From Mobula hypostoma (lineage: Eukaryota), in NCBI RefSeq assembly GCF_963921235.1, contig NC_086097.1, positions 161,388,001 to 161,452,000 on the forward strand: DNA of 64,000 nt. Reading direction: 5' to 3'. Below, in pieces: positions 63,401 through 64,000 of the stretch. The notes under the pieces were generated by a model, which saw only the letters and a list, made by a program, of their open reading frames with translations, was not told the origin of the DNA and searched no databases. The position numbers and the translations under genes were made by a program. Each line of letters begins with the position of its first letter. Positions within the stretch are counted from its first letter, which is position 1.

Positions 63401-64000
63401 CCGATAGTTAAATATGCTTTGCGCATTTGGTTTCAATTCAGAAAATTTTTTGATCTTAATCAATTCGGGTTAGCGATTCCTATTTTAGGTAACATATTTT
63501 TTCCTCCCTCTTTTACGGATCGCGCTTTTCAAACTTGGAAGACTAAGGGTATTTTACGGTTTTTGGATTTATTTTTAGATGGTTCCCTTATGTCTTTTGA
63601 ACAATTATCTAATAAATATAACTTATCAAGAATACATTTTTTTAGATATTTACAAGTTAGAAATTTCCTAAGTACTATACTTTCTTCCTTTCCAATGCTT
63701 CCTCCTATATATATTTTAGATTCGATAATTAACCTTAATCCATGTCAGAAAGGTGCATCGGCTATGATTTATAATATTATTATGAAACTTAGGAAAGCTC
63801 CATTTGATAAGATTAGGGTAGATTGGGAACAGGAATTGGGGCTTACCATTTCTGTGGATGATTGGGGGCAGATTTTACAATTAGTTAATACTTCCTCTAT
63901 TTGTGCTAAACATTCCCTAATTCAATTTAAAGTGGTTCATAGAGCACATATGTCCAAAGATAAGTTAGCGCGTTTTTACTCGCATATTAATCCTTTCTGT
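60497..64000 (+). mobile_element. L1-clade LINE, ORF1 missing, ORF2 from ATG 60614 running off the window, three frameshifts
   Basis: Endonuclease SWNTNGLN, FLQETH, GGDLN, SRIDYF, SDHAP. RT KAPGPDGF, YRPISLLNVDSK, SLDAEKAFDRVEW, GTRQGCPLSP, SLYADD. Confidence 0.95.

Overview
Vertebrate nuclear DNA. The repeat content (CR1 LINEs, Penelope-like elements, tRNA-derived SINEs, Rex/Babar, Tc1, Tigger, hAT, L1) points to a cartilaginous fish, probably a ray; this is an inference. Well over half of the window is nested transposable-element debris. The only host gene I can see is the 5' part of slc45a4 on the + strand. Its first coding exon is 56123-56648 (ATG 56417). The probable promoter and first exon lie in a CpG island at about 23250-23600, giving a 5'UTR intron of about 32.6 kb. 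The most interesting signal is in the predicted leader. Joining donor 23513 to acceptor 56123 creates an AUG-less, ACG-initiated 46-aa upstream ORF ending in Pro-Leu-stop. A candidate 75-nt alternative exon (25993-26067) would instead end that frame in V-L-L-P-S-stop inside a 10-bp stem, resembling the polyamine-sensing MLLLPS* uORF of the yeast polyamine transporter HOL1. Because SLC45A4 has been reported as a polyamine transporter, this suggests polyamine-responsive translational control. The hypothesis rests on predicted, not observed, splicing. Also notable are TSD-flanked fold-back insertions built from Penelope terminal repeats carrying minimal hammerhead ribozyme motifs, near-intact CR1 and L1 ORF2s, a clean solo LTR, and G-rich minisatellites right after exon 1. 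Boundaries of decayed repeats are approximate.
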